Source: a virus
Virus record (IMG/VR): IMGVR_UViG_3300045988_181112
DNA: 64,000 bases
Strand: one strand, 5' to 3'
Shown here: piece after piece, positions 1-9,174 of the stretch
Position numbering within the stretch: the first letter of the stretch is position 1
How the letters are laid out: the number at the start of each line of letters is the position of its first letter
Notes under the pieces: generated by a model
What the model was told of the DNA's origin: nothing
Seen by the model: only the letters and a program-made list of their open reading frames with translations
Database searches by the model: none
Translations under genes and position numbers: made by a program

Positions 1-214
1 TATTTTCACCACCTTCTGACTCATCCTCACCAAGAGCAGCACTTTTCTGTTTTCCAACAAAATCGTCAAAGCTGCTATGCTCGTCATTTTCCGGCATAGG
101 CTGATTGCCGAGCTCGGCATTTTTTGCCTGCTCAGCAGCCTCAGCTTCGATCCTGGCCATCTCTTTCTGATATTCGTCATATGGCAAATCATCCAGATTT
201 ACTTTACTAGCCAT
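1..214 (-). CDS. hypothetical acidic protein, N-terminal part only (gene continues past window start)
   Basis: ATG at 212-214 (minus) preceded by GGAGG at a 6-nt spacing. The frame stays open to position 1 (MASKVNLDDLPYDEYQKEMARIEAEAAEQAK...). Confidence 0.45.
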   Translation of the reverse strand, partial: MASKVNLDDLPYDEYQKEMARIEAEAAEQAKNAELGNQPMPENDEHSSFDDFVGKQKSAALGEDESEGGEN

Positions 215-232
215 ACTATGCCTCCTTAAAAC

Positions 233-1639
233 TTAATACATTACAAGAGCATCATTATCCATGTAAACAGATGTCATATCGTTAATGGATGAAGATGAAT
301 AATAAATCTTAAGCAAATCACGGAGCTTTGTAATCTGCAGATCACGCTTCTTTGAAAAGATATTGGATATTGCATCTTCATAGTTTCCAATATTCGTCTT
401 TGCATCGTCACCGACAAGATCTGTGTTGCTCTGATCCTTCGAGAAAGTTGTACCATTCCTCGTGTCAATATAGTTACCGAATTTTGCGGTTGAGCTTACA
501 GTGTATGTAGTCTGCTGCTCATTCAGATAATCCATGAACTGAACATATGTCATACCCGCAGGAATTACTTCGGAAAGCAGGTCGGACTCAGATGTCAAAT
601 CCTGATAATTATAATTCAGACCACCAGGGAATACATAACTCGTGTTATAATACAGCTTACTTCCCTCCGGGAAATCTGTTGCTTTTGTAGTGTCCAGACA
701 GGTAAACCAGCCATTGGAAGAATCCAGCTTTCCGGAAGAAGCATACAGCATATAATTAGAATCAAAATAAATCGGCATGCTATCTGATTCTGTGATAGAA
801 ATGCTATCACCATAAATCTCAGCCGGCAAATTACTTTCCATTGTGATACCTGCTGTCTCCAGACGACGGGCATATTCATTTGCCTTTCTCATAGACGTGT
901 TGATATCGGCTACAAGAGCATCACACTCACTCACTTTTTCTGCAATCAGATTACTCTGAACAAGCTCGTTGTAAATATCTGTTGCTGTGTAATCAGCCTT
1001 TGAATAGAACTTTGCTGTATTTGCTCCGCTTGCTGCAAAGTTAGCAACAATGTTCAACTCATTATGATACATATAAGAACCTTCCTTACCGTCATGAGCG
1101 GCCTTTGCAGCTTCTTCATCACCTTCTGACATATAAGAAATATTTCTCAGTGTAATCTTATATGCAGCCGGATCAAATCCGGAAGAATTCGTAAATCCCA
1201 GACCAATATATCCTGTACTTCCGAATACATAAATACTACCGGAAGGAGAACATTTCAAATCCGTATTTACACCGGTCATGAACATCTGATAATCTCCTGC
1301 CTGTGTTGACAGATTTGTCATACCGCCGGGAAGATGGATTAAAATCAATGCTTTCGTATGACCCTCATTTGTCCATAGTCCATCAATCTTGACAACATCC
1401 TGTGTCAGAGAGAACTGTGTCTCACCTGTACCGTAAATAGCCTGCTCCGTCAATGTCACTTTGCCGTTTTCCACTTTCTGATGAACAGCGCTGGTAACAA
1501 TAAGTCCCAGCAAAACAACAAATGCAATAAACGTAGCACAAAAGCGTTCCATAGTATTGTGTGGACCAAGCTTAAATCTTGCTGCTCTTACACTCTTCGC
1601 TTTTGCAGCCATATCATCTTTTCCTTTTGCACTCGCCAT
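233..1639 (-). CDS. membrane-anchored extracellular protein (single N-terminal TM, ~400-aa exported domain); function unknown
   Basis: Track ORF 233..1729. I prefer the start at MASAKGKDD (AAGGAA RBS), because the track's upstream start lies inside the promoter. The hydrophobic segment is FCATFIAFVVLLGLIVTSAV. Confidence 0.55.
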   Translation of the reverse strand: MASAKGKDDMAAKAKSVRAARFKLGPHNTMERFCATFIAFVVLLGLIVTSAVHQKVENGKVTLTEQAIYGTGETQFSLTQDVVKIDGLWTNEGHTKALILIHLPGGMTNLSTQAGDYQMFMTGVNTDLKCSPSGSIYVFGSTGYIGLGFTNSSGFDPAAYKITLRNISYMSEGDEEAAKAAHDGKEGSYMYHNELNIVANFAASGANTAKFYSKADYTATDIYNELVQSNLIAEKVSECDALVADINTSMRKANEYARRLETAGITMESNLPAEIYGDSISITESDSMPIYFDSNYMLYASSGKLDSSNGWFTCLDTTKATDFPEGSKLYYNTSYVFPGGLNYNYQDLTSESDLLSEVIPAGMTYVQFMDYLNEQQTTYTVSSTAKFGNYIDTRNGTTFSKDQSNTDLVGDDAKTNIGNYEDAISNIFSKKRDLQITKLRDLLKIYYSSSSINDMTSVYMDNDALVMY

Positions 1640-1719
1640 GATTTTCGTTCCTTTCTGTGTTAAATATTCTGTTAGGCATATTATAGCACAAATCATGCCA
1701 TGTCCAACTGCCATATTAA

Positions 1720-1748
1720 ATATTAACACAAATTAACTCATTTATCAA
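1720..1748 (-). promoter_or_regulatory. sigma-A type promoter (TTGATA, 17 nt, TGtTAATAT) with conserved AAATGAG element
   Basis: Read on the minus strand: TTGATAAATGAGTTAATTTGTGTTAATAT. A 35-nt near-identical copy lies at 21090-21118. Confidence 0.5.
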
Positions 1749-1770
1749 TATATTTGTCATTAAAGCAAAT

Positions 1771-1814
1771 AAAAAGTCCTCTGTTTCTCTGCTATTTGTC
1801 AGAGAACAGAGGAC
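1771..1814 (-). terminator. intrinsic terminator
   Basis: GTCCTCTGTT(T)CTCTG / CAGAGAACAGAGGAC inverted repeat followed by a T-run on the minus strand. Confidence 0.55.
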
Positions 1815-1850
1815 TATTCTGATCATGTTTAATTCCTACTCATGCCTAGA

Positions 1851-2189
1851 TTAGAAAAGCTGTGCAATAAAAGGAATTGCGATCTTACCTAAGTCGTTCA
1901 GCGTATCTGAACCACCCTGGGAAATACCCTGTACAAGACCCCAGCCACCGCCGAAAGCCAGCGCACCGCCGATGAAGAACAGTACAATGTTCAGTACCCA
2001 GTTAGTCTGTCCACGTCCGGAACTCATCAATCCCTTAGCGATCTTAACAACGGCAACGATTACCATTATCAGACCAACGACTACGATCAAAAGACCACCC
2101 CACAGGTTCAGGTTCTTATTCAGGTTTGTCAGGAAGTTATTGATAGACCAACCTGACATGGTGTTCGCAAAATTCTGAAGTGAAAACAT
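1851..2189 (-). CDS. small polytopic membrane protein (3 predicted TM; VirB2/VirB3-sized)
   Basis: 112-aa ORF with AAAGGAGA RBS. Glycine-rich TM segments GGLLIVVVGLIMVIVAVV and LNIVLFFIGGALAFGGGWG. Confidence 0.55.
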   Translation of the reverse strand: MFSLQNFANTMSGWSINNFLTNLNKNLNLWGGLLIVVVGLIMVIVAVVKIAKGLMSSGRGQTNWVLNIVLFFIGGALAFGGGWGLVQGISQGGSDTLNDLGKIAIPFIAQLF

Positions 2190-2260
2190 AATTGTTTCTC
2201 CTTTCTGTGATAAAAAGATTTTTACTACATAAATATGTACTTGCCAACCTACCTTCGTAT

Positions 2261-2289
2261 ATTATATAAAATCCGAAAACCATTGTCAA
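2261..2289 (-). promoter_or_regulatory. perfect consensus sigma-A promoter TTGACA-17-TATAAT
   Basis: Minus strand reads TTGACAATGGTTTTCGGATTTTATATAAT, upstream of the 1851..2189 gene. Confidence 0.55.
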
Positions 2290-2361
2290 TAGGACAAACT
2301 AAAATTTTCCAGATTTTATTTTTAAGACATCCGGCAGGATGTTACTCCCGCCGGAATTATC

Positions 2362-5300
2362 TTATTTTCTATGACCAGCGCCACTATGTGAACCTGATCT
2401 AATAGAACCGGATCCCAGTGAAACTCCAGAAGAGTTATCTGACGAGTTTACTGTAGTATTGGACTGGTTATTCACATTATTCTGGACATTATTGGAAACG
2501 TCTTGATTTACCGTGGTGTTGCTTGTCGCATAAGTATTATTCTGCTGATTTCCAGAAGAGAAACCCTGAAAACCACCTGTCTGACCACCCTGGCTGTAAA
2601 TAACAGATTCCGTCGTCTGATTAGTCACTGTTGACGAAACAGGAGCTGATCCACCGGTACTACCGCCGCCTGATCCCGGGAAATCCACATGTACCTGCGC
2701 AGGACCACTTGCTCCAGCACCGGCTACGTTTACATTTACAGGAGAACTTCCGGCATTGTCATGAACAATCGTTGTCTGACCCTGTGAAGAACCTGCATTA
2801 CCACCGGAAACATTTGCAAACTGCTGTGTGTTCATATTCTGTGTGGTATTTTCCGTTGTCATGTTAGACGTATTTGCCGTCGTGTTTGTCACATTCGTCT
2901 GGTTGACATTCTGTGTCACATTCTGTGAGCCAGCAGAGCCGGATGCTGCAGGAGCTTCCACTGTAGGAACAGGAGCCTGTGATACAGTGTACATGCCACC
3001 ACCGCCATAAGCGTTCGTTCCGCCAGATCCAGGCGCTACCATGACAGTAGGCTGTCCATTATTCATACCGATCGTATTAGCACTCATACCGCCTTCCAGA
3101 TTTCCATAGATAGATTTACCGCTGGAATCCACAACATCATAGTTTGCACCGGCATCCTTATCAGCCTGTGTATAAGCTGCTCCGGTTTTTGCATTAACGA
3201 TAGATACTTCCTGCTGACGACCATCAGAGTCAGTTATTACAAATTTACTGCCAATCTGACTTTCATTGGAATTATCAGCTATATTCTTTGAAGACACACT
3301 ATTGGCTTCGCCCTGTTTCTCACTGGTAATATCAGTAGTCTGCGTTCCTGTAATCTCCTGCGTACTATTATTGACAAGTTTGTTACCGTTATTATCCCAC
3401 TGGCCAACGATACGCCCATCATCATACTCATCTACAGATCCGTCAGGATTCTCCACCTTTCCTGTATAACCATGACGATCAGCATATAGCTCTCTATTCT
3501 TTTCTCTTTCAGCAGCAAGATCGATGTCTGAATCATCTCCGGCTTTCTTACTATCAGCCAGCTTACTATTGTCAGTATCATCTGACGAGTAACCAATTTC
3601 TTTCTCAAAATCAGCCCCGTTGTCATTTACATAATCAGCAGCAACATCATCTGTTGTCTTCACAGCAGATTCGCTGTCATCGGCAAGTGCTCCGCTTGGA
3701 TTACCATTACTATAATGACCACCCGTATCAGATGCACTAAGAGATGATGAAGCTTCGTGCATATCAGCTTCATTCTTTGCCTTTTCGGCATCAGCAGCGC
3801 TTGCATATTTTTCACCATGTGCTCCGGTAAGACTTGTACCGTTCATAGCTGCTGAAGCAACCTTATCGGCATCTGCATTTGCTACTTTATCCGTAAGATC
3901 ACTTGCCCTATCTGCCAGTTTACTGCCCGCAGGTGTAGATGCACCAACCATAGCCATACCAAGTCCAATAGATGCAAGACTGCCGGCAGACATGTTACTC
4001 TCCAGATTAGGAGCAACCACATTTGTTTCCATAAACTTATTGATAAAACCAGTTGCGGTTTCACTAACAGATTTTACAACAGCTGTACGATATTTTAACA
4101 ATGTCATAGTCAGCTTAATAATTATGATTGCTGAAGCAACAATTGTGACAAGTGCTGCCGCCTGCGGTGGCAAATCAGCAACTGATGTCAAAATAGTTGC
4201 TAATGGTTTTTCAATCAATTCATAAATACCGCCAACGAACATTGTACCAAGAGAATACATAATACATGTTCCTATGATTTCAATAATCAAAGCTGCCACT
4301 AATGCAACAGAACCGGCAATACCTCTCATGGAACCGATCATACCTGTAAGAACTTTAGGAAAAATTTGAATCAGTCCCTTAAAACATGCAAACAGAAGAG
4401 CAAATCCATATCCATAGCCAAGAACCATTAAACAACACATAATCGCAACAGCATCAAATACATAAGCTAATTCCATATAACCCTGACCAGCAATAGACAC
4501 AGAATAGTGTGCTAACTGAACCTGGTTTGTGGATGATTCTGTGGTACTGTAAACAGCAATAGCTGTATCTGAAAATGTCGAAGATAACAAATTATATGTA
4601 GCCATCTTACAGAAAGGCTTCCTGTTTTCTCCTTCATATGAACCAGGTGAAAAATGTGATGTCTCTGAATTATAAAACAAATTAAGACCCGCTTTACTGA
4701 TATTTCTTCTGGCTAATGATGCACTATCTGTCAATCGTTGTTCAGCAAAAGTCTTTGCATCAGATTCTGAAACGTCAACACCCCATGATCCATCTTCCAT
4801 TTCATGGTTAAATGCAGCTGCCAGTGTTGGCTCAAAATTTTCCCACTTAGAACTCTGATTGAAAAATGATATACTGTGTTCTTTATTGATTTTGTTCATT
4901 AAAACTTCCTGCTGTTTCGTGGCGAAATTACTAGCAGTAATATATTCGCCTTTTGTATATGTTTGTAACAAATTGATAACAGCAGATGTTTTTGCGGAGC
5001 TAGTACCTCCTGGAACAGAACCAACAAGTGTTATATCATCATTTGCTATATTGTTTGCATTAGTACCGCCATTACTTAGTGTCACGGATGTAAATAATGG
5101 ATTTGCTTTCTTGTTCAAAAGCTGTACTAATCTTCTATCACTGGTTGATGACGGTTCATATACATATGTATCACCACTCGTATCAACATACAGATTAGCA
5201 TCAGATGGAAGTGCCATATAATTATATGTACTTCGGCCAAGCACCCAAGAACCATAATCACAAAACGTAGATGTGATAACAGATATAGGCGTACTCGATG

Positions 5301-6255
5301 CAGTACCAATGGTAAAATCTTTAACACTATCAATAGCCGCTGTATAGCAAGCAAGCATTAAAGGCACACCAAGACCAATGAACACAACTTTGACTGCAAG
5401 ATTCTTAAATACAGAACCTGCTGACTTCCTAAGTACAAGCCATGAAAACAACGCCAATGCTATCAAAATTGGAACAATTGCAAAAAATGACAAAGAATAC
5501 AATGCGTTATATAATCCTGTAACTGCATCTGACAATGTATTCAATGCGCCACTCATTGCAGCCTGTACAGCCGTATTCTGATTATCAAAACCAGGACCTA
5601 CATCAATTGTCGGAACAATAGATCTCAACACACTGCCTGGACCAATAAATAGTTTAAATGGATTTGCTACAGATAAGAATGTCAAAACCATTTCAAAAAA
5701 CTTAGGCAATGCCATACATAACAAAAAAACAATCAATACGACTGGACCGATAAGATTTCGTTTACTATCTGCTGTTTGCCCGATAATAACAGGTTCATCA
5801 ACACCTGCAGCTGTTAACGCATACCCAAAACCTGCATATGTTTTTGCAGAATCACTCCAAACATTACCATCAGCATTGAACATTGTCTTTAAATTATCTA
5901 AAGCTGCATAAGAATATATAACAGTATTTGATTCAATAGCACCAACAGAAAACTCTGTACCATTTTCTCCAGGTGTCATATATCCAAGAAAAGCACCAGC
6001 AAAACCAGTATTTTCACCACTAGGTGGAACCGCTACACCATATCCATATCCATCTGGGGATGCTGTCTTTCCAAGATATTGTGCTGCGGCCATTGATACC
6101 GTAGCCCATGAATAATCTGTCGAACTTGTCTTTGTCTTAGCAGCATTGACTGTTGGATCCAGTTTCGCTGTCAGACCATAGGCGCATGACAGGCAGATAA
6201 CGATTGTGAGTAAAATCAGTATAAACTTGTTCTTCTGAATAAATCTGTTCATCAC
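2362..6255 (-). CDS. large polytopic membrane protein (signal peptide, 10 or more TM helices) with ~550-aa S/T/N/G/Q-rich low-complexity C-terminal tail; possibly VirB6-like channel component
   Basis: 1297-aa ORF. The N-terminal part has many hydrophobic helices. The C-terminus is a low-complexity run (…NVTQNVNQTNVTNTTANTSNMTTENTTQNMNTQQ…). It is operonic with the two upstream genes. The VirB6 assignment comes from context and size only. Confidence 0.6.
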   Translation of the reverse strand: MMNRFIQKNKFILILLTIVICLSCAYGLTAKLDPTVNAAKTKTSSTDYSWATVSMAAAQYLGKTASPDGYGYGVAVPPSGENTGFAGAFLGYMTPGENGTEFSVGAIESNTVIYSYAALDNLKTMFNADGNVWSDSAKTYAGFGYALTAAGVDEPVIIGQTADSKRNLIGPVVLIVFLLCMALPKFFEMVLTFLSVANPFKLFIGPGSVLRSIVPTIDVGPGFDNQNTAVQAAMSGALNTLSDAVTGLYNALYSLSFFAIVPILIALALFSWLVLRKSAGSVFKNLAVKVVFIGLGVPLMLACYTAAIDSVKDFTIGTASSTPISVITSTFCDYGSWVLGRSTYNYMALPSDANLYVDTSGDTYVYEPSSTSDRRLVQLLNKKANPLFTSVTLSNGGTNANNIANDDITLVGSVPGGTSSAKTSAVINLLQTYTKGEYITASNFATKQQEVLMNKINKEHSISFFNQSSKWENFEPTLAAAFNHEMEDGSWGVDVSESDAKTFAEQRLTDSASLARRNISKAGLNLFYNSETSHFSPGSYEGENRKPFCKMATYNLLSSTFSDTAIAVYSTTESSTNQVQLAHYSVSIAGQGYMELAYVFDAVAIMCCLMVLGYGYGFALLFACFKGLIQIFPKVLTGMIGSMRGIAGSVALVAALIIEIIGTCIMYSLGTMFVGGIYELIEKPLATILTSVADLPPQAAALVTIVASAIIIIKLTMTLLKYRTAVVKSVSETATGFINKFMETNVVAPNLESNMSAGSLASIGLGMAMVGASTPAGSKLADRASDLTDKVANADADKVASAAMNGTSLTGAHGEKYASAADAEKAKNEADMHEASSSLSASDTGGHYSNGNPSGALADDSESAVKTTDDVAADYVNDNGADFEKEIGYSSDDTDNSKLADSKKAGDDSDIDLAAEREKNRELYADRHGYTGKVENPDGSVDEYDDGRIVGQWDNNGNKLVNNSTQEITGTQTTDITSEKQGEANSVSSKNIADNSNESQIGSKFVITDSDGRQQEVSIVNAKTGAAYTQADKDAGANYDVVDSSGKSIYGNLEGGMSANTIGMNNGQPTVMVAPGSGGTNAYGGGGMYTVSQAPVPTVEAPAASGSAGSQNVTQNVNQTNVTNTTANTSNMTTENTTQNMNTQQFANVSGGNAGSSQGQTTIVHDNAGSSPVNVNVAGAGASGPAQVHVDFPGSGGGSTGGSAPVSSTVTNQTTESVIYSQGGQTGGFQGFSSGNQQNNTYATSNTTVNQDVSNNVQNNVNNQSNTTVNSSDNSSGVSLGSGSIRSGSHSGAGHRK

Positions 6256-8144
6256 ATTCTTACTCCCTTCTCTTCGTTTCCGTTAATACCAAGTGCCAGA
6301 TCCTGTTCAAAGACTACGTTCATGTATTCCCTGCGCAGATAAGCCAATGCTTCATTCTTGATTGTCACCAGACCGGCAAGGTCACCGGGAATCGTCTGCC
6401 CAAGTGCCTTCTGATAATCAACGACCTGATTCTTCGTCATTGTTCCAAGGACAGTATAATCTGCCTTGTCAAAATGCGAGAATGCCTTGTCATTGAACAT
6501 CTTGTCGATGTTGTTGTAAAGGAATACTGCTCTTCCACCCTTTGCATACAACGCATCCAGCTGATCCATGATATACTGCTTTACACGGTTTGCAATCTGA
6601 TCAGCACCATGGAAGATAATTGTATCCCCGTTACCAAGATTGCCACAGGCAAAACCAATAATATTAACAAGCTGTGCCATTGCTACACCTTCACCACGAC
6701 GACGGAGCTGTGAGAAATCATACACAACCCGGCGGCCATTGATCGTACCGTCGATATTCTTATTCGTCGTGCAGTTAAAAAGATCACCGTTTGCTGACAG
6801 CAGATTCTTGAATGTTGCTGACAGTACGGAAAGAGCATGTACCTTCTCATTATCTCTTGTATCAGAACTGATCGACTTCTTATATGCCGTATCCAGATAA
6901 GATACAAACATCTCCAGCTTCGGAACCTCTTCGTGAGGTACATTGATGATACGCAGCCTGTCCTGATGTTCCTTTGCGTTCTCATACCACATTCTGTTGT
7001 CAATATAGAACTGCGTCGCAATGTCTTCCAGTGATCCACGGATAATGGATCTGTCAGATTCTGTTGTCTCATACGCCTGTTCAGCCATGAGGATCAGCTT
7101 CTGCATCTGTGTTGCAAAGATCGACAGCTCATTCTTAAACTCGCCGAACATTTCAAACATGTTTACATCACCGGAGTTCATGTCCAGCTTATATGTAAGA
7201 TTTTCAAACTTTGGACCGAGCTTGTCAAGATCACATCCGTCCAGCACAATATGTACTACACGTCCATTGTGAAGCAGACAGCTCTGTGAGATCTTGGAAC
7301 CCCACATATCAGATACATGCATACGTCCGAGGGCCTCATTGTAATACTCATTTCCAATGCAGACATGATGCTTGTAACCGTCTACAGAAAACAACACTGC
7401 AGAGTTGTTTACATCACCAAACATACGGCCGACATATTCTCCTGTCGGGTCCTCGATACCATGTGTCACCAGACAATAATCACCGGCAAATTCGGGAGAT
7501 GTGAAGTAATACGGATGTCCCAGCTTTCTGTCATTTGTCAAGAACAATGATGACAATTCCTGACGCTGCTGACCCATAAGCGGTGCTGCATCCAGATTGG
7601 AGAAGACATCAATGTATCTACGTCCGATTGCGATCAGTGCTTTGTCCAGTTTCTCAAGCGTAGGCGCCTTGACCATCAACTTGAACTGTACCTGCAAGTA
7701 TGCTGCGTTATCGCCCAGCTCTCTTGCGATCTCTTCCAGATCCTGCTGTTTCCTGTTGGATTTCTGCTTCGTTGTCTTTGTACCGGCATTCTGCTGCTCG
7801 TTAGAATTCATCTGAGCCACGGACTCTGCTGTGGACTCATGACTTTCTACCCAGCCCTTGGACATGCGGCGAATCTGCTCAAATGAGATTGTGACAATAT
7901 CATTGTCCAATCCCTGCGGAATACGTCCGACACCCCAAAAAGGCGGATAACCATCCGTCGCTCCGTCCACATGGAAGAAACTAAGGACAGTTGCTACCTG
8001 GCCATCGACATCGAAGTAATCACTGTGAAAGATGTACCTTTCCTTTGGTTTCATTGCCAAAAGGTATGGATACTGTCTGAATTCTCTTAACGCGTTTTTC
8101 TCTGCTTTTGCAGCAGCGCGTTCTTCCTTTGTCATACGAATCAT
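6252..8144 (-). CDS. hypothetical protein. Its C-terminal half is reminiscent of VirB4/TraE-family conjugation ATPases, but I found no Walker A
   Basis: 630-aa ORF that overlaps the downstream gene by 4 nt. Motifs VVYDFSQL and IIFHGADQ sit where conjugation ATPases carry NTPase motifs. No GxxGxGK[ST] is present. Confidence 0.5.
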   Translation of the reverse strand: MIRMTKEERAAAKAEKNALREFRQYPYLLAMKPKERYIFHSDYFDVDGQVATVLSFFHVDGATDGYPPFWGVGRIPQGLDNDIVTISFEQIRRMSKGWVESHESTAESVAQMNSNEQQNAGTKTTKQKSNRKQQDLEEIARELGDNAAYLQVQFKLMVKAPTLEKLDKALIAIGRRYIDVFSNLDAAPLMGQQRQELSSLFLTNDRKLGHPYYFTSPEFAGDYCLVTHGIEDPTGEYVGRMFGDVNNSAVLFSVDGYKHHVCIGNEYYNEALGRMHVSDMWGSKISQSCLLHNGRVVHIVLDGCDLDKLGPKFENLTYKLDMNSGDVNMFEMFGEFKNELSIFATQMQKLILMAEQAYETTESDRSIIRGSLEDIATQFYIDNRMWYENAKEHQDRLRIINVPHEEVPKLEMFVSYLDTAYKKSISSDTRDNEKVHALSVLSATFKNLLSANGDLFNCTTNKNIDGTINGRRVVYDFSQLRRRGEGVAMAQLVNIIGFACGNLGNGDTIIFHGADQIANRVKQYIMDQLDALYAKGGRAVFLYNNIDKMFNDKAFSHFDKADYTVLGTMTKNQVVDYQKALGQTIPGDLAGLVTIKNEALAYLRREYMNVVFEQDLALGINGNEEKGVRM

Positions 8145-8170
8145 ATGTCCATTCCTTTCTGTGATTTCTT

Positions 8171-9058
8171 TTAATGATTTGATGCGTAAATCAGCTTCAA
8201 TACATTCTCGATGTCCTTTTCATATAATGCCGTACACTGCTTGAGCATCAGAGAAGATCCGCGGACTTCCGACATAACGATGTTGTTGATTGCTGATAAG
8301 GCTTCTTCATTGTCACCCTTAATGATCATGTACTGATGCAGGGATTTAAAACGCTTTCCCACGAACTCAGTCATGATTTTATACTGTTCACGGACAAGAG
8401 CCTTCACGTCCTCGTCCTCTCTTACTTCCGGCGTCAGTGCTTTGTATTGAGCCATCAAATGCGCCGTCTGCTGTTGTACTTTCTGTGATTCCTTTGTGGT
8501 CATGAAAATAATCTCACAATCAGAACCGATCTTGTCATAAAAGTCCTTTACCCTGTCAAGGATTGCATCCCGATCTTCCGGGAACAGAAGTACGGAAGCC
8601 GTTCCGACCACGCTGTACCAGTATGCACTGGTTCCATCCACGTATTCCACAAGTCCTGTCTTTGGATCAATTGACCGGATACCAACAATGGAATAGAACG
8701 GACCGGCATTCGCTGTCCTACGTGTGATAACATACTTGTTTGACTTCTGCAGATAGCTTAACAGTGCAGGAATCAATTCCAGCTGCATCTTATGGGAACG
8801 GTCAACTTTCGTCATAACCCACAGGAAAGCAATCCACACAACGGCGAACAGCACCCTTGTAAAAATACTTGCCTGAGCAATAACACTGCCGGAATTCACA
8901 ACACAGTAAAATCCTGCGAGCAATCCAAACAGCCATGCAAGGATAACCCTTACCGGCAACGGTTTTAAACCTACACCGTCTTTCGTCTGGAGCGCGATTT
9001 CCATGTTCAGATAATTATCGCTCAAAGAAGCAGGAATCTTATACGATTTCTTTGCCAT
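8171..9058 (-). CDS. membrane protein (2 TM) with cytoplasmic C-terminal domain. Could be the N-terminal part of a VirB3/VirB4-like protein split from 6252..8144
   Basis: 295-aa ORF. TM segments LAWLFGLLAGFYCVVN and LFAVVWIAFLWVM. It lies 27 nt and one frame away from the next ORF, and the two total ~925 aa. Confidence 0.5.
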   Translation of the reverse strand: MAKKSYKIPASLSDNYLNMEIALQTKDGVGLKPLPVRVILAWLFGLLAGFYCVVNSGSVIAQASIFTRVLFAVVWIAFLWVMTKVDRSHKMQLELIPALLSYLQKSNKYVITRRTANAGPFYSIVGIRSIDPKTGLVEYVDGTSAYWYSVVGTASVLLFPEDRDAILDRVKDFYDKIGSDCEIIFMTTKESQKVQQQTAHLMAQYKALTPEVREDEDVKALVREQYKIMTEFVGKRFKSLHQYMIIKGDNEEALSAINNIVMSEVRGSSLMLKQCTALYEKDIENVLKLIYASNH

Positions 9059-9118
9059 AATTCATGTGCTCCTTATATAATCTTTTCGATATTCTGCCAT
9101 AATCTGGCACCACTCTAT

Positions 9119-9147
9119 ATTATATATGTATATCACTGATAAATCAA
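9119..9147 (-). promoter_or_regulatory. sigma-A promoter TTGATT-17-TATAAT
   Basis: Minus strand reads TTGATTTATCAGTGATATACATATATAAT, upstream of the 8171..9058 operon. Confidence 0.5.
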
Positions 9148-9174
9148 TATGTTTGTGATGCCAGACCTGATAAT

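Noticed and set aside
2631-5581. Numerous 60-120-aa ORFs nested antisense or out of frame inside the 1297-aa gene, and similarly inside the adhesin, topoisomerase, helicase and GGDEF genes
   Set aside because: All lie within long, well-supported ORFs on the other strand or frame. They lack an RBS and have compositionally biased translations. Treated as spurious.
6252-8144. Calling this ORF a VirB4/TraE conjugation ATPase outright
   Set aside because: No Walker A (GxxGxGK[ST]) or clear Walker B could be found by eye. It is kept only as a hypothesis in the findings.
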